Assembly: GCA_903919315.1 (NCBI GenBank)
Contig: CAIXHP010000032.1
Span: 44,977-108,976, forward strand
Source of the DNA: an uncultured Pseudomonadota bacterium
GTDB taxonomy: Bacteria; Pseudomonadota; Alphaproteobacteria; UBA9219
Direction of reading: 5' to 3'
DNA: 64,000 nucleotides
Of this stretch, positions 30,119 to 39,387 are shown piece by piece. Under the pieces are notes generated by a model, which saw only the letters and a program-made list of their open reading frames with translations, ran no database searches and was not told the origin of the DNA. A program made the position numbers and the translations under genes. Each line of letters begins with the position of its first letter. Position 1 is the first letter of the stretch.

Positions 30119-30880
30119 ATGTCGATCATCGCGCCAGGCCTGAGCCGCCTGCTGCAATTCTATCTGTCGGGCCCTATGCCCTGCCCCTATCTCCCCGACC
30201 GTGTGGAGCGCAAACTGTTTGCGCGCCTGAACGGCGAGGATGCGCCGGATCGTGAAGTCAACGCCACGCTGACAAGAGCCGGATTCCGCCGCAGCCACGA
30301 CATCGTCTATCGCCCCGCCTGCCCGTCGTGCAAAGCCTGCCTGCCGGTGCGCATTCCCGTGGCCGCCTTTCGGCCCTCGCGCTCGCTGCGCCGCATCGCC
30401 GCCCGCAACCGCGACCTGACGCTCCACATCGCCGACACGGCGCTGACGGACGAAACCTACGAACTTTTCATGGCGTACCAGACAGGCCGCCACCCCGACA
30501 GCGACATGGCCCAAATGACTCGCGCCGACATCGCCGCCATGTTGCAGGAAGGAGCCGTCGACACGCGGGTCTATCAACTGCGCGGCCCCGCGCCGGACGA
30601 CGCGCTCGGCCCTCTGATGGGTGGCATCATCGCGGATCAGGTCAAGGACGGCCTCTCCGCCGTCTACAGCTTCTTCCGCCCCGACGCGCCACGCCGCAGC
30701 CTCGGCGCGCAACTCATCCTGACGCTGATCGCCGAAGCGGCGCGGCAAGAGCTGCCCTACGTCTATCTCGGCTATTGGATCCGCGAAGCCCGCAAAATGT
30801 CCTACAAAATCCGCTTCCACCCCCTCCAATCCCTCGGCCCCCAAGGCTGGGACTGGCTGGAGCCGCCAGCGGGAGCCTAA
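30119..30880 (+). CDS. ate: Arginyl-tRNA-protein transferase family (Bpt/Ate)
   Basis: CPYLP, GFRRSH..YRPAC..C, LSAVYSFF, YLGYWI..KMSYK. Confidence 0.93.
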   Translation: MSIIAPGLSRLLQFYLSGPMPCPYLPDRVERKLFARLNGEDAPDREVNATLTRAGFRRSHDIVYRPACPSCKACLPVRIPVAAFRPSRSLRRIAARNRDLTLHIADTALTDETYELFMAYQTGRHPDSDMAQMTRADIAAMLQEGAVDTRVYQLRGPAPDDALGPLMGGIIADQVKDGLSAVYSFFRPDAPRRSLGAQLILTLIAEAARQELPYVYLGYWIREARKMSYKIRFHPLQSLGPQGWDWLEPPAGA

Positions 30881-30893
30881 AAACCAACCCGCG

Positions 30894-31868
30894 TTACCGC
30901 ACCAACGCCCGCAACGGCACAAACTCAAAGCCCAGCCGCTCCATTTCCGGAATCCACGCCTCTAGCGCCGCCAGAGTCGCGGGATGAGGATGACCGATGG
31001 CAATGACAAAGCCTTTGCGCCGCGCGATGCGCTCGGTCTGCGCAAGCTGGACCCTAACGGCGGCGGCGCTCATGTCGTCGTCGAGAAACACATCGCGGCT
31101 GGCCGCCAGCAACCCGCGTTCACGCGCGACCTTTTCGCCGAGCGACGACAGGGTGGTGCGCGAATCGAGAAAGAACAGCCGCCGTTCCCGCAACGCGTCC
31201 GCCACCTGCTCCATGGCCGCTTGGTCGGTGGTAAATCGGCTGCCCATGTGATTGTTGACGCCATCAAAGCCGGTGAAACTATCGAGCGCCTTTTGCAGCC
31301 GTGTGCGCAGTTCGTCCGGTGCTAAGCCGACCAGCAATGCCCCCGGCCCCGGCGACTCGCGCCCCACCGGTTCCATCGGCAAATGCAGCAACACCTCGTG
31401 CCCGGCCTCGATGGCGCGATCAGCCTGACTCTGCAAACGCGGCGCGTAGGGGATAAACGCCAACGTGACAAAGGACGGCAAACGAACGGCGCGTTCCGAA
31501 CCCGTCGCGTTCAGCCCCATATCGTCAATCACAATAGCAATGCGCGGATGCCCCGAAACGGGAGGACGAATTGTCTCAGGCTTCGGAATCACGGGCGCGA
31601 CCATGGCCATCATATCGGCGGGCGACGGCAACGGCTCCGGCGCCGGATAATCCTCTTCCAACGTCGGCGGCGAAGGCGGAATCGGCGACGGCAAGACCGG
31701 AGTTTCTTCCGCCTCGCGAACGGCTTCGCGCACCGGAGCGCTCCACGACGGCGGCGCGGAGACCGCCACAGGACGCGACGGCTTGGACGTCATAAAAACA
31801 AGCCCCGCGCTCCCGACAAGGAGCAGCAGGGCGAGAAAACCGAGACCCGCTTTGTTTTTCCGCCGCAT
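30894..31868 (-). CDS. Divergent polysaccharide deacetylase
   Basis: IAIVIDDMG, LHLPMEP, NNHMGS, FLDSRT, AIGHP. Confidence 0.92.
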   Translation of the reverse strand: MRRKNKAGLGFLALLLLVGSAGLVFMTSKPSRPVAVSAPPSWSAPVREAVREAEETPVLPSPIPPSPPTLEEDYPAPEPLPSPADMMAMVAPVIPKPETIRPPVSGHPRIAIVIDDMGLNATGSERAVRLPSFVTLAFIPYAPRLQSQADRAIEAGHEVLLHLPMEPVGRESPGPGALLVGLAPDELRTRLQKALDSFTGFDGVNNHMGSRFTTDQAAMEQVADALRERRLFFLDSRTTLSSLGEKVARERGLLAASRDVFLDDDMSAAAVRVQLAQTERIARRKGFVIAIGHPHPATLAALEAWIPEMERLGFEFVPLRALVR

Positions 31869-31940
31869 CGCCGCACGCTAAAGCCGATTCCCCGAAAAGG
31901 GAACCGGCTTTAGGACCATAGGCTCCACGATCCCGAAAAA

Positions 31941-32297
31941 TCAGTGAGGCCGACGATTGTAATAGTTCCAATACAAGGGAACAGGCGGTGTCGGGCTCAA
32001 CACCACGGACACGCCGGGCGGATAAGGATAAATCATAGTCGGATAGGCGGGAAACCAGCGCCAAACGCCACCCGAGACAACCCAACGCCCCCGCTGATCG
32101 TGCCGATCATGATCCCACCCGCGATCCCGGTCGTTGTACCAGCGATTATGATCCCACCGACGGTTGTTATCGTCGCGACGATCATCAAAACGCTCATGAT
32201 CACGCCCTCGCCCACGGTCATTGTCGGCAAAAGCCTGACTTGCCATCGTCGGAACCAGCAGAGCCGCCACAACGAACAGCGCGACCAACTTTTTCAT
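31941..32297 (-). CDS. Secreted low-complexity (D/R/H/W-rich) hypothetical protein
   Basis: Signal peptide MKKLVAL..AFA; GGAGG RBS. Confidence 0.7.
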   Translation of the reverse strand: MKKLVALFVVAALLVPTMASQAFADNDRGRGRDHERFDDRRDDNNRRWDHNRWYNDRDRGWDHDRHDQRGRWVVSGGVWRWFPAYPTMIYPYPPGVSVVLSPTPPVPLYWNYYNRRPH

Positions 32298-32461
32298 GTT
32301 TCCCTCCGTGTAAGCGCGAACCCAATCGCCGCGCCGGAGCCTCATGAGGCGCTGCAACAGCGACAAAATCATGGCGATTTGCGTTCTTTTTCGAGATTTC
32401 ACAAACCGTGACTTCCTATGCCCGCATCAATAGGATGGACAATGAGAAGGAGCCTCTGGCC

Positions 32462-33646
32462 ATGAAGAACTATGACGTCATCATACTGGGGGCCGGAGCC
32501 GCCGGGCTTATGTGCGCCCTGCGCGCGGGGCAGCGGGGCCGCAAAGTCCTTCTTCTCGACCACGCGGCAGAGGCTGGATCAAAGATTCTCATCTCCGGCG
32601 GCGGACGTTGCAACTTCACCAACCGGCACATCGCGGCGGATCGCTATATCTCGGACAATCCGCATTTCTGCCTGTCGGCGCTAAAAACCTACACGCAGCA
32701 TGACTTCGTCGCGATGGTGGAAAAACACCACATCGCCTATCACGAAAAAACGCTGGGGCAATTGTTCTGCGACACGCCGGCCCGCGCCATCGTCGACATG
32801 CTGCTGGCCGAAGGCCAAGCCGCCCACGTCGACCTTCGCCTGGGGCAACGTGTCGAAAATGTCAGCAAGTCCGATGTTTTCCGCGTGCAAACCCATCAAA
32901 CGACCTTCGAAGCCCCCGCGCTCGTCCTCGCGACCGGCGGCCTGTCCATACCGAAAATGGGGGCGACGGATTTTTCCCACCGGATAGCCAAGCAGTTCGG
33001 CCTTCCGGTCACGGCGACGCGTCCGGCGCTGGTGCCGTTGCGCTTTGACGGCGAAGCCCTCGCCTTTTTCAGCGCGCTAAGCGGCGTCGCGTTGGAAGTC
33101 ACCGCGTCGTGCGGTAAACAGTCATTCCGCGAAAACATGATCTTCACGCACCGAGGCCTTTCCGGCCCGGCGATTTTGCAAATTTCGTCCTATTGGCGCG
33201 AAGGCCAGCCGCTCACGATCAACCTGATGCCGGATCGCGACGCGGAAGCCTTCTTGCTCGACCGCAAAAAGGAACGCCCCAAAGCCGGGTTAAAAACCAT
33301 ACTGAGCGAAGCTCTCCCCCAACGTCTGGCGCAGAGCCTAAGCGACGGATTTTTCCCAACCGCGCCCATCAGTGAAATTTCCCACAAAGATTTAAAGGAT
33401 GTCGCCAACACACTGAAGGCATGGGAACTAACCCCAACCGGCACCGAAGGCTACGGCAAAGCGGAAGTGACCGCAGGCGGCATCGCCACCCAGTCCCTCT
33501 CCTCAAAAACCATGGAATCCACCACCGTCCCCAACCTTTATGTCATTGGCGAAGCCATCGACGTAACCGGCTGGCTCGGCGGCTATAACTTCCAATGGGC
33601 TTGGTCAAGCGGCTGGGCGGCAGGGTCGGCGATAGGGGGCGGGTAA
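32462..33646 (+). CDS. HI0933/BaiN-family NAD(P)/FAD oxidoreductase
   Basis: GAGAAG, KILISGGGRCNFTN, FTHRGLSGP, GGYNFQWAWSSG. Confidence 0.93.
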   Translation: MKNYDVIILGAGAAGLMCALRAGQRGRKVLLLDHAAEAGSKILISGGGRCNFTNRHIAADRYISDNPHFCLSALKTYTQHDFVAMVEKHHIAYHEKTLGQLFCDTPARAIVDMLLAEGQAAHVDLRLGQRVENVSKSDVFRVQTHQTTFEAPALVLATGGLSIPKMGATDFSHRIAKQFGLPVTATRPALVPLRFDGEALAFFSALSGVALEVTASCGKQSFRENMIFTHRGLSGPAILQISSYWREGQPLTINLMPDRDAEAFLLDRKKERPKAGLKTILSEALPQRLAQSLSDGFFPTAPISEISHKDLKDVANTLKAWELTPTGTEGYGKAEVTAGGIATQSLSSKTMESTTVPNLYVIGEAIDVTGWLGGYNFQWAWSSGWAAGSAIGGG

Positions 33647-33768
33647 CACAAGAGCCACAAGGGCACACAGCATAATCCGCTGCCCCCATCCACCTCTACC
33701 CCCCGCCAAAAACGGGGAAAAAAGCCCTACCGCTATCCATGCCTAATTCAAACGGAATCGGCTTTTCG

Positions 33769-34209
33769 CTACTTTTTAGAGATAACCTGCTTACCTGACT
33801 TCACCCCGGCGGAAGACTCCGACACGACCGCAGGAGACATCGCAAAACTCAGGTTAACTGGGCTATCATATTTGTTGTCAGCGCCAGATGCCGAATCGAT
33901 CCCCCACCCGATCAAGCCACCTGCCACGATGTTGCCAAAGGTAGCCCCCGCAGAGCCTGAGTGGTTGAGATAAACAGCATCAATATACCCTTCCTTTTTA
34001 CAGAGGATTTTGATGTCATATTTCGTCTTTTTGACCGTAACACCGCCGGGTGTGGACGGGATATTGGCGATGACGTTTTCTTGTCGCACGAAATCACAAG
34101 AGGCCCCAGGAGGGTTTGTATTCACAAGAATTTCCTGTGACGTGCCCTCAATGATGGATGAGCAGGCCGTAAGCAGGAGCAGCGACGACGCGACCACAAT
34201 CTTCTTCAT
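33769..34209 (-). CDS. Lipoprotein, hypothetical
   Basis: Lipobox LLTAC; TNPPGA; GNIVAGGLIGWGID. Confidence 0.75.
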   Translation of the reverse strand: MKKIVVASSLLLLTACSSIIEGTSQEILVNTNPPGASCDFVRQENVIANIPSTPGGVTVKKTKYDIKILCKKEGYIDAVYLNHSGSAGATFGNIVAGGLIGWGIDSASGADNKYDSPVNLSFAMSPAVVSESSAGVKSGKQVISKK

Positions 34210-34435
34210 TGATGGATCCCTTTCTGGGAATGTTCATGACACTGGGAAACGTCCGCAATCCTAGATTGCAAACCATAGGCTGTCCATTCCGTATTTCATG
34301 GACAATCCCCGCCCCACACCATCCGACCGAAAACCCTGCGCGGCGATGACGCTCTAGGTCAGGGGTTGTGTGTTACAAACAGGAACGCCGACAAAGCCGC
34401 AATCCGGCCGCAGCAACATCTCGAACAGGAAAAAA

Positions 34436-34481
34436 TGGCGCACCCGAAGAGATTCGAACTCCTAGCCTTCTGATTCGTAGT
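34436..34481 (-). pseudogene. 3' half of tRNA-Arg(ACG), interpreted as the prophage att site
   Basis: Minus strand ACTACGAATCAGAAGGCTAGGAGTTCGAATCTCTTCGGGTGCGCCA: anticodon loop, T arm and CCA present; 5' half absent. Confidence 0.88.
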
Positions 34482-34574
34482 TTCACGACTGTTGTTGTAT
34501 ATCAACCAAGTTGTACAAACTTATGGTCTTAAGAACACCTCAAAAAACCAATGCTTTTTGGGCGGTGTACAACT

Positions 34575-35390
34575 TTATGGGCTTGAAATGATCAGCTCTG
34601 TGACCTCCTTCGTATGCTCACCGCCACCGACTGAATAGGTCAAGGCAACGGTCTCCACCGTTGCCCACGCGAACAGTTTTCTCAGTTCCGGAACGTCGTT
34701 AACCGAGAGTAGGAACTTTCCCTGAATCGCCTGCAGGCAATCCCCCATCCGGGCGAAGTCGGCGCGGGAAAAAACCTCTTTGCCGTAATCGTCCTCGCAG
34801 CCCCAATAGGGCGGGTCGAGGTAGAAAAGGGTCTCAGGGCGATCATAGCGTGTTATGAAATCCTGCCACGGAAGACGCTCGATTACGATGCCAGACAGAC
34901 GATCATGAAGCTCCTCCAGCATCGGCTCCAACCGCCTGACGTTGAACGATCCCGGCTCATATACGCTGACCCCGAAGTTACGCCCCCTCACCTTTCCTCC
35001 AAACGCGCAACGCTGGAGGTACAGGAAACGGGCGGCGCGTTCGAGATCCGTCAGCGTTGCAGGATCAACCGCGATCAAGCGCTCAAATTCAGCCCTGCTG
35101 GTGAGCTGAAAGCGCAGCATATCCATAAATGGCGTGTAATGGCGCTGAAGGATGCGGAAAAACGTCGCCACGTCGCTGGAGATATCGTTAATAACCTCGA
35201 CAGGCGCGGATTCCGTGCGGCGCAGGAAGACGCCGCCCATGCCGACAAAGGGCTCTGCATAGACTTTGTGGGGTATTTTAGAGATACGGACAGCCAGATC
35301 GCGCGAAAGCTGGCGTTTTCCGCCAATATAGGCGGCGACAGGCGAAACCGGACGCACAAGACGGCGTCCGTCGTGAGTTAACGGCAACAT
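34575..35390 (-). CDS. D12-class (Dam-like) N6-adenine DNA methyltransferase
   Basis: YIGGKR, YAEPFVGMG, INDI, YLDPPY. Confidence 0.93.
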   Translation of the reverse strand: MLPLTHDGRRLVRPVSPVAAYIGGKRQLSRDLAVRISKIPHKVYAEPFVGMGGVFLRRTESAPVEVINDISSDVATFFRILQRHYTPFMDMLRFQLTSRAEFERLIAVDPATLTDLERAARFLYLQRCAFGGKVRGRNFGVSVYEPGSFNVRRLEPMLEELHDRLSGIVIERLPWQDFITRYDRPETLFYLDPPYWGCEDDYGKEVFSRADFARMGDCLQAIQGKFLLSVNDVPELRKLFAWATVETVALTYSVGGGEHTKEVTELIISSP

Positions 35391-35412
35391 AACCTACCCC
35401 TGATAGAATGAT

Positions 35413-35532
35413 GCCCGCCGGTGATCCGGTGGCGGGCTGGCCCTGATGCGGCCGGTTTGGGTCAGGTGTGGTTCCTTCACACGATTTGGGCTGCTGATAC
35501 AGCCCCAATCCCCGCCCCTTATCGGGAGCGGG
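35413..35532 (+). ncRNA. Candidate structured RNA divergent from the methylase gene
   Basis: Five consecutive hairpins just after an extended -10 TGATAGAAT (35401-35409); strand inferred from that promoter. Confidence 0.5.
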
Positions 35533-35534
35533 CC

Positions 35535-35585
35535 TTCTCTGCTAGAGAATTTTAGCTTGACAAAATATTCTCCATCAGAGAATAT
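35535..35585 (+). promoter_or_regulatory. TA promoter with two palindromic operators
   Basis: TTCTC-N5-GAGAA at 35535-35549 and 35568-35582 flanking TTGACA (35557-35562). Confidence 0.7.
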
Positions 35586-35591
35586 ACGGGT

Positions 35592-35843
35592 ATGCCTATC
35601 GTGTACGAGAAACAAGCCGTCAAGACTCTGGCAAAAATGCCAGTCAAAACGGCGTTGCAGATCAAGGAAAAAATCGCCGCCTTCGCCTCGCGCAGCGGCA
35701 GACCAAATCTGGATATCGAAACGCTGAAAGGCATCGAGGGAGGCTACAGGCTCCGTCAAGGCGATTGGCGAGCCTTAATGATCATCGACGGCACGACGCT
35801 CCGCGTTGTCGCCATCAAACCAAGGGGGGACGCTTACAAATGA
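35592..35843 (+). CDS. RelE/HigB-family toxin
   Basis: 83 aa; LKG..GYRLRQGDWR, IKPRGDAYK. Confidence 0.88.
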   Translation: MPIVYEKQAVKTLAKMPVKTALQIKEKIAAFASRSGRPNLDIETLKGIEGGYRLRQGDWRALMIIDGTTLRVVAIKPRGDAYK

Positions 35844-36223
35844 GAACCCAAAACACGGAAACCCGCCCGCGTGGTCGTCACGAAAGCGCAACGGTAACCC
35901 GCGCCGAGTATAATGCCCTACTGGCCCGCATGGAGGATATTGAGGATAGCCTTGACCTTCTGCGCGCGCAGGAGGACGGCCAGAGCGACGATGCTTGGTC
36001 AGAGAAGCTGGTCGAACGCATGCTGGCGGGCGAACATCCCTTGCGCCTGTGGCGCGAGCATCGCAGCATGACGCTTGATGCCCTCAGCCGGGCAACCGGC
36101 GTGGCGGCTGGCTATCTCAGCGAGATCGAGTCGGGAAAGAAACCTGGCTCCGCCGTCTCGCTAAAAAAATGCGCGGCGGCCCTCAATGTTCACATGGAGG
36201 ACTTGGTCAACGCGAAGAGATGA
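35840..36223 (+). CDS. HigA-like XRE-HTH antitoxin
   Basis: ATGA overlap with the toxin; HPLRLWREHRSMT..LS..GYLSEIESGKK. Confidence 0.88.
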   Translation: MRTQNTETRPRGRHESATVTRAEYNALLARMEDIEDSLDLLRAQEDGQSDDAWSEKLVERMLAGEHPLRLWREHRSMTLDALSRATGVAAGYLSEIESGKKPGSAVSLKKCAAALNVHMEDLVNAKR

Positions 36224-36363
36224 TTCTCACAGCCAGCAGGTCGGTATCCCCGGTGAAATTTCACCAGCCGTCGCGGATTGCGTATGCGCTGATTTTGCTG
36301 GCGTTTTTTGCGTATGGTGGGTTCTGGGTGAATTTTCACCGGAGCGGAAGACCCTTTTCCTGA
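36220..36363 (+). CDS. 47-aa small membrane protein coupled to the antitoxin
   Basis: ATGA overlap with antitoxin stop; hydrophobic IAYALILLAFFAYGGFWV. Confidence 0.45.
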   Translation: MILTASRSVSPVKFHQPSRIAYALILLAFFAYGGFWVNFHRSGRPFS

Positions 36364-36382
36364 CATCAAGCAACTGATCAGC

Positions 36383-36820
36383 TCACTTTCCGAGCTTTGC
36401 CTTCAAGTCGAGGTGCTTTTCCCAAGTCCGAGAGCCAGTATAGCCAAGATAGCCAACGCCAAAAAGTTGCAGAAATGGGTCAGGGATGGCGGCCAGCCAG
36501 TTGTGGAAGCCCTGTATAACACCGTTCGCCGTGTCGGGCCGGAATGCGAACAGAACCCCCATGGGCAGGCTGGCGAGAATCAGGACGTAAATGACATACA
36601 GGAACGTCGGACGTGCGCGGCTTGTCCATGGGTCGGCGCTTTGCTCCTCCGCCAGCATGACAGCCTGAGAGGCCTTTAATTGCGTGACATAGGCATCAGC
36701 CTGCGCCTGAACGATCTTTGCCTCGGCGCTGGCCTTTGCCTCCGGAGACGGGAAAGCCGTGTTCATAATATCGTCCACAAGCTTGATTCCGCTTGAGATC
36801 ATGTCGTCGATGCCAAGCAT
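36383..36820 (-). CDS. Holin (GTA-type 3TM family)
   Basis: DPWTSRARP, TM segments, GYLGYTGSRTWEK. Confidence 0.8.
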   Translation of the reverse strand: MLGIDDMISSGIKLVDDIMNTAFPSPEAKASAEAKIVQAQADAYVTQLKASQAVMLAEEQSADPWTSRARPTFLYVIYVLILASLPMGVLFAFRPDTANGVIQGFHNWLAAIPDPFLQLFGVGYLGYTGSRTWEKHLDLKAKLGK

Positions 36821-36874
36821 TTTTCCTCCATAGGTTTAATGCGCAATTGGGCCTGTGCGTGGCGCAGCGGAAGG

Positions 36875-37891
36875 TTATCGTTTGCTTTCTGTATAGACCC
36901 TGTTCATCCGCACATTACGAGCGACGGCATCGACTGACAGGATGTGGAAGCCGCCGCGCATAGCCGTTGCCGGATCAGGAAGATATGTGCTGGTGCTACC
37001 TTCGTTCGAAGTTCCAGCCGTCTTGTCATCAACACGCCATGAAATCACGCCACCAAGCGGCGGACAGAAGATATAAAAGTCATAAACGTGCTGCGCGACA
37101 AACGGCATTCCTGTGTCGACAAGGGACTGCGATACGCCGTTTGTGGTGGTGAACTGCCAATTGGTATCCGTTCGCGCACCGTTTGTATGGCACCGCTGAA
37201 ACCCGGCGTTGTGGCCCGCAAGGGTATCAACCGATACTGAGGCAAGCATGGTGCCGGATGTAAGCCCGACAAAGAATCGTGACCCTGTGCTTGCCCCCGC
37301 TTGGTCGTAGGTTGAGTCCGGAAAACCGAGGCGACAGAAAAAGAAAAACCCGTTGCTGCCGCCGGGAACACTGCCACGGAAGAGATGCGCATTTGTACCT
37401 CCCGTCCCCGCCGGCGCGGAAGCAGTGCCCGCCGTCACAAAATTCGCTGCATAACCGTAGATTTCAGAAACACCCGGGTGTGATATCGTCCCAGCTGAAG
37501 AGTTACCCATTCCCAGAATACTCACTGTGGTCGAGGAGCTGGGAAAGATCGCCGTTATAAAATTTTGCGCGATGCTGGTTTGCACCCATGTTTCAACGCC
37601 ATCTGGCCCCTTGAGTTGCGGCAGCATTCTACCGCCCGTAAGCTTGGCATAGAACTCAAGATGCCCGTCAGCGGGAGTGGATGGCGTGCTTTGCGATAAC
37701 ATATCCGCCATCGTCAAGGATGTAACGTTGCGCACCGTGGCATAGGACAAATTAGTCCAATGAGTTACGCCGTCGCCGATCTTGTAAAACATGGTGTCGA
37801 GTTCGACACCCATTTCGCCTTCGGCAAGCACCGGATTCGCGGATGTCCACTCAGACGATGCCCCGCGCCGCAACTGAATCTGTGTTGGCAT
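36875..37891 (-). CDS. Fibre or receptor-binding protein with Mtd_N-like N-terminus
   Basis: MPTQIQLRRG..WTSANPVLAEGEMGVELDT..KIGDG. Confidence 0.75.
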   Translation of the reverse strand: MPTQIQLRRGASSEWTSANPVLAEGEMGVELDTMFYKIGDGVTHWTNLSYATVRNVTSLTMADMLSQSTPSTPADGHLEFYAKLTGGRMLPQLKGPDGVETWVQTSIAQNFITAIFPSSSTTVSILGMGNSSAGTISHPGVSEIYGYAANFVTAGTASAPAGTGGTNAHLFRGSVPGGSNGFFFFCRLGFPDSTYDQAGASTGSRFFVGLTSGTMLASVSVDTLAGHNAGFQRCHTNGARTDTNWQFTTTNGVSQSLVDTGMPFVAQHVYDFYIFCPPLGGVISWRVDDKTAGTSNEGSTSTYLPDPATAMRGGFHILSVDAVARNVRMNRVYTESKR

Positions 37892-38367
37892 TATACTGAT
37901 CCTCCATCTAGGGCGGGGATTCCCCCGTATTGGCTATCCGGCTCGCCGCCGTCCAGGTTGAGAAAAGCCGATTCTTCGATCATTTCGCGGATGACGTCAT
38001 ACAGCGGGTCAGACGATGGCGCCGCCGTTGCCCCAGCCGTCCGCAGTGTTGAAAGGCTGATAGAACTGCCGTCACCCGGCGCGAGGTGGAACCTAAAGTC
38101 TGTTTTGTCGGGGAGCGTGCAAAGGTATTGAACCGCGACAAACCCCTCGTCTTCGCACCAAAGCGATACACCCGGTTCTTCGCTGACAGAACCCGACAAT
38201 CCGCGAATTTCCCCATCGGCACCCAGCGTCACCTTTACGGCGGCGGCAGCAAACTGAGCGTCCCCCGTATAGGAGGACGCGTTCAGACGGAAGGTAATGA
38301 CCCCGCCGCTCCAACCTACGCCACTGGGATACAAGACCCGCCCTGTCACTCTACGATATAGTGCCAT
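37891..38367 (-). CDS. Hypothetical virion or adaptor protein
   Basis: Coupled to the Mtd_N gene; two C-terminal LDGG motifs. Confidence 0.6.
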   Translation of the reverse strand: MALYRRVTGRVLYPSGVGWSGGVITFRLNASSYTGDAQFAAAAVKVTLGADGEIRGLSGSVSEEPGVSLWCEDEGFVAVQYLCTLPDKTDFRFHLAPGDGSSISLSTLRTAGATAAPSSDPLYDVIREMIEESAFLNLDGGEPDSQYGGIPALDGGSV

Positions 38368-38373
38368 CAGCCT

Positions 38374-38820
38374 CTAAGCCTCCGTTTTCTTGTTCCAAAG
38401 CGCGACCTCGGCCGCGCGCCGGCGGGACAGGCCGCCCATGACCTCGCCGCCCGCACGGTTCCATCGTACAAGTTGCAGCGGCACGAACTCGTAACAGCCT
38501 TGGTTGAGGATAATAAGCAGCGAAGAGCGCAGAAAATTTCCCACGCCGACATTGAAGGTAAAGCAAATCAGCGCCGCGAATTCATTGTCGGTCAGAGGAA
38601 CCGTCACGGCTTTCTCTATCGCTATCCCCACACGCCCCGCATCCTGCAACAAGAGCGTTTCGGCAACGTCAGGAAGGATCGTCTGCCCATCGCAGACATC
38701 AGGCCCGGTGTGGCCATAGCCAATGGTCAACTTGCCAGCCGGACAACGATAAGCCTGCAGACTCCTGCCCTCAAATCTTTTGATCAAAGTAAGAGCTGCC
38801 GGTGGTATGGCGCGCGGCAT
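38374..38820 (-). CDS. Phage lysozyme (GH24)
   Basis: IKRFEG..AYRCPAGKLTIGYGHT, FTFNVG, GLSRRRAAE. Confidence 0.93.
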   Translation of the reverse strand: MPRAIPPAALTLIKRFEGRSLQAYRCPAGKLTIGYGHTGPDVCDGQTILPDVAETLLLQDAGRVGIAIEKAVTVPLTDNEFAALICFTFNVGVGNFLRSSLLIILNQGCYEFVPLQLVRWNRAGGEVMGGLSRRRAAEVALWNKKTEA

Positions 38821-39387
38821 TTAGAGCGACCCCAGCAATCCGATGCCCGCCCCAAAAGCGAAGCCCGTCAGAACCTCGCCCCATTCGCTGCCACCCACGG
38901 CGAATTTGCCGGGACTGACCTGCAACCCAAAGAGCGTGAACCCGGCCGTATGAAGGCCGCTATCGACACCATGGAGAAAACGCCAACCGATCCAGTATCC
39001 CGCCCCCGACAGCGCACCAAAAAGCGGCAACAGGCCCATCATGGGGACATGCGTCATAATCGGCAGGGCGATCAGGGCGCAACGAACGCCTCCGATCAGC
39101 GACATGTGCCCCATATCGTCATAGACGGGGTTGTTGTCCATGTACTGCCCATGCGGCAGCATCAAGCCCAAAAAAGCCGTCACGCCACACACAGACCCGA
39201 CCTCAATCGCCGACAAAAAACAGGAACCGTGCGCGAGAGAAACGCCCGTCATGGCAACGGAAGTCGGAATGGCCCACCAGATCAGCCGCGCAAGCTGTGG
39301 GAAGCTCATGCCAAGAAAGCCGCCGCGACAACGATAAAAAAAGGCGCCCAAGGCGCCCGCGACAAAAGTGATGAGAAAGACGATCAT
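38821..39387 (-). CDS. Multi-TM membrane protein
   Basis: Several hydrophobic segments; abuts the lysozyme start. Confidence 0.65.
   Translation of the reverse strand: MIVFLITFVAGALGAFFYRCRGGFLGMSFPQLARLIWWAIPTSVAMTGVSLAHGSCFLSAIEVGSVCGVTAFLGLMLPHGQYMDNNPVYDDMGHMSLIGGVRCALIALPIMTHVPMMGLLPLFGALSGAGYWIGWRFLHGVDSGLHTAGFTLFGLQVSPGKFAVGGSEWGEVLTGFAFGAGIGLLGSL

Noticed and set aside
32090-32225. Short repeats (ATGATCCCACC) as a CRISPR or DNA repeat array
   Set aside because: Explained by WDH/DR low-complexity coding sequence; no repeat-spacer periodicity and no cas genes in the window
34436-34520. Intact tRNA-Arg gene
   Set aside because: 5' acceptor strand, D arm and 5' anticodon stem are missing
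35278-35759. Com-like zinc-finger activator or other minus-strand ORFs upstream of the methylase
   Set aside because: No CxxC pairs; the ORFs overlap the structured element and the toxin gene
36875-37891. Diversity-generating retroelement targeting the Mtd-like gene
   Set aside because: No reverse transcriptase and no TR/VR repeat pair seen in the window; similarity is limited to the N-terminal domain
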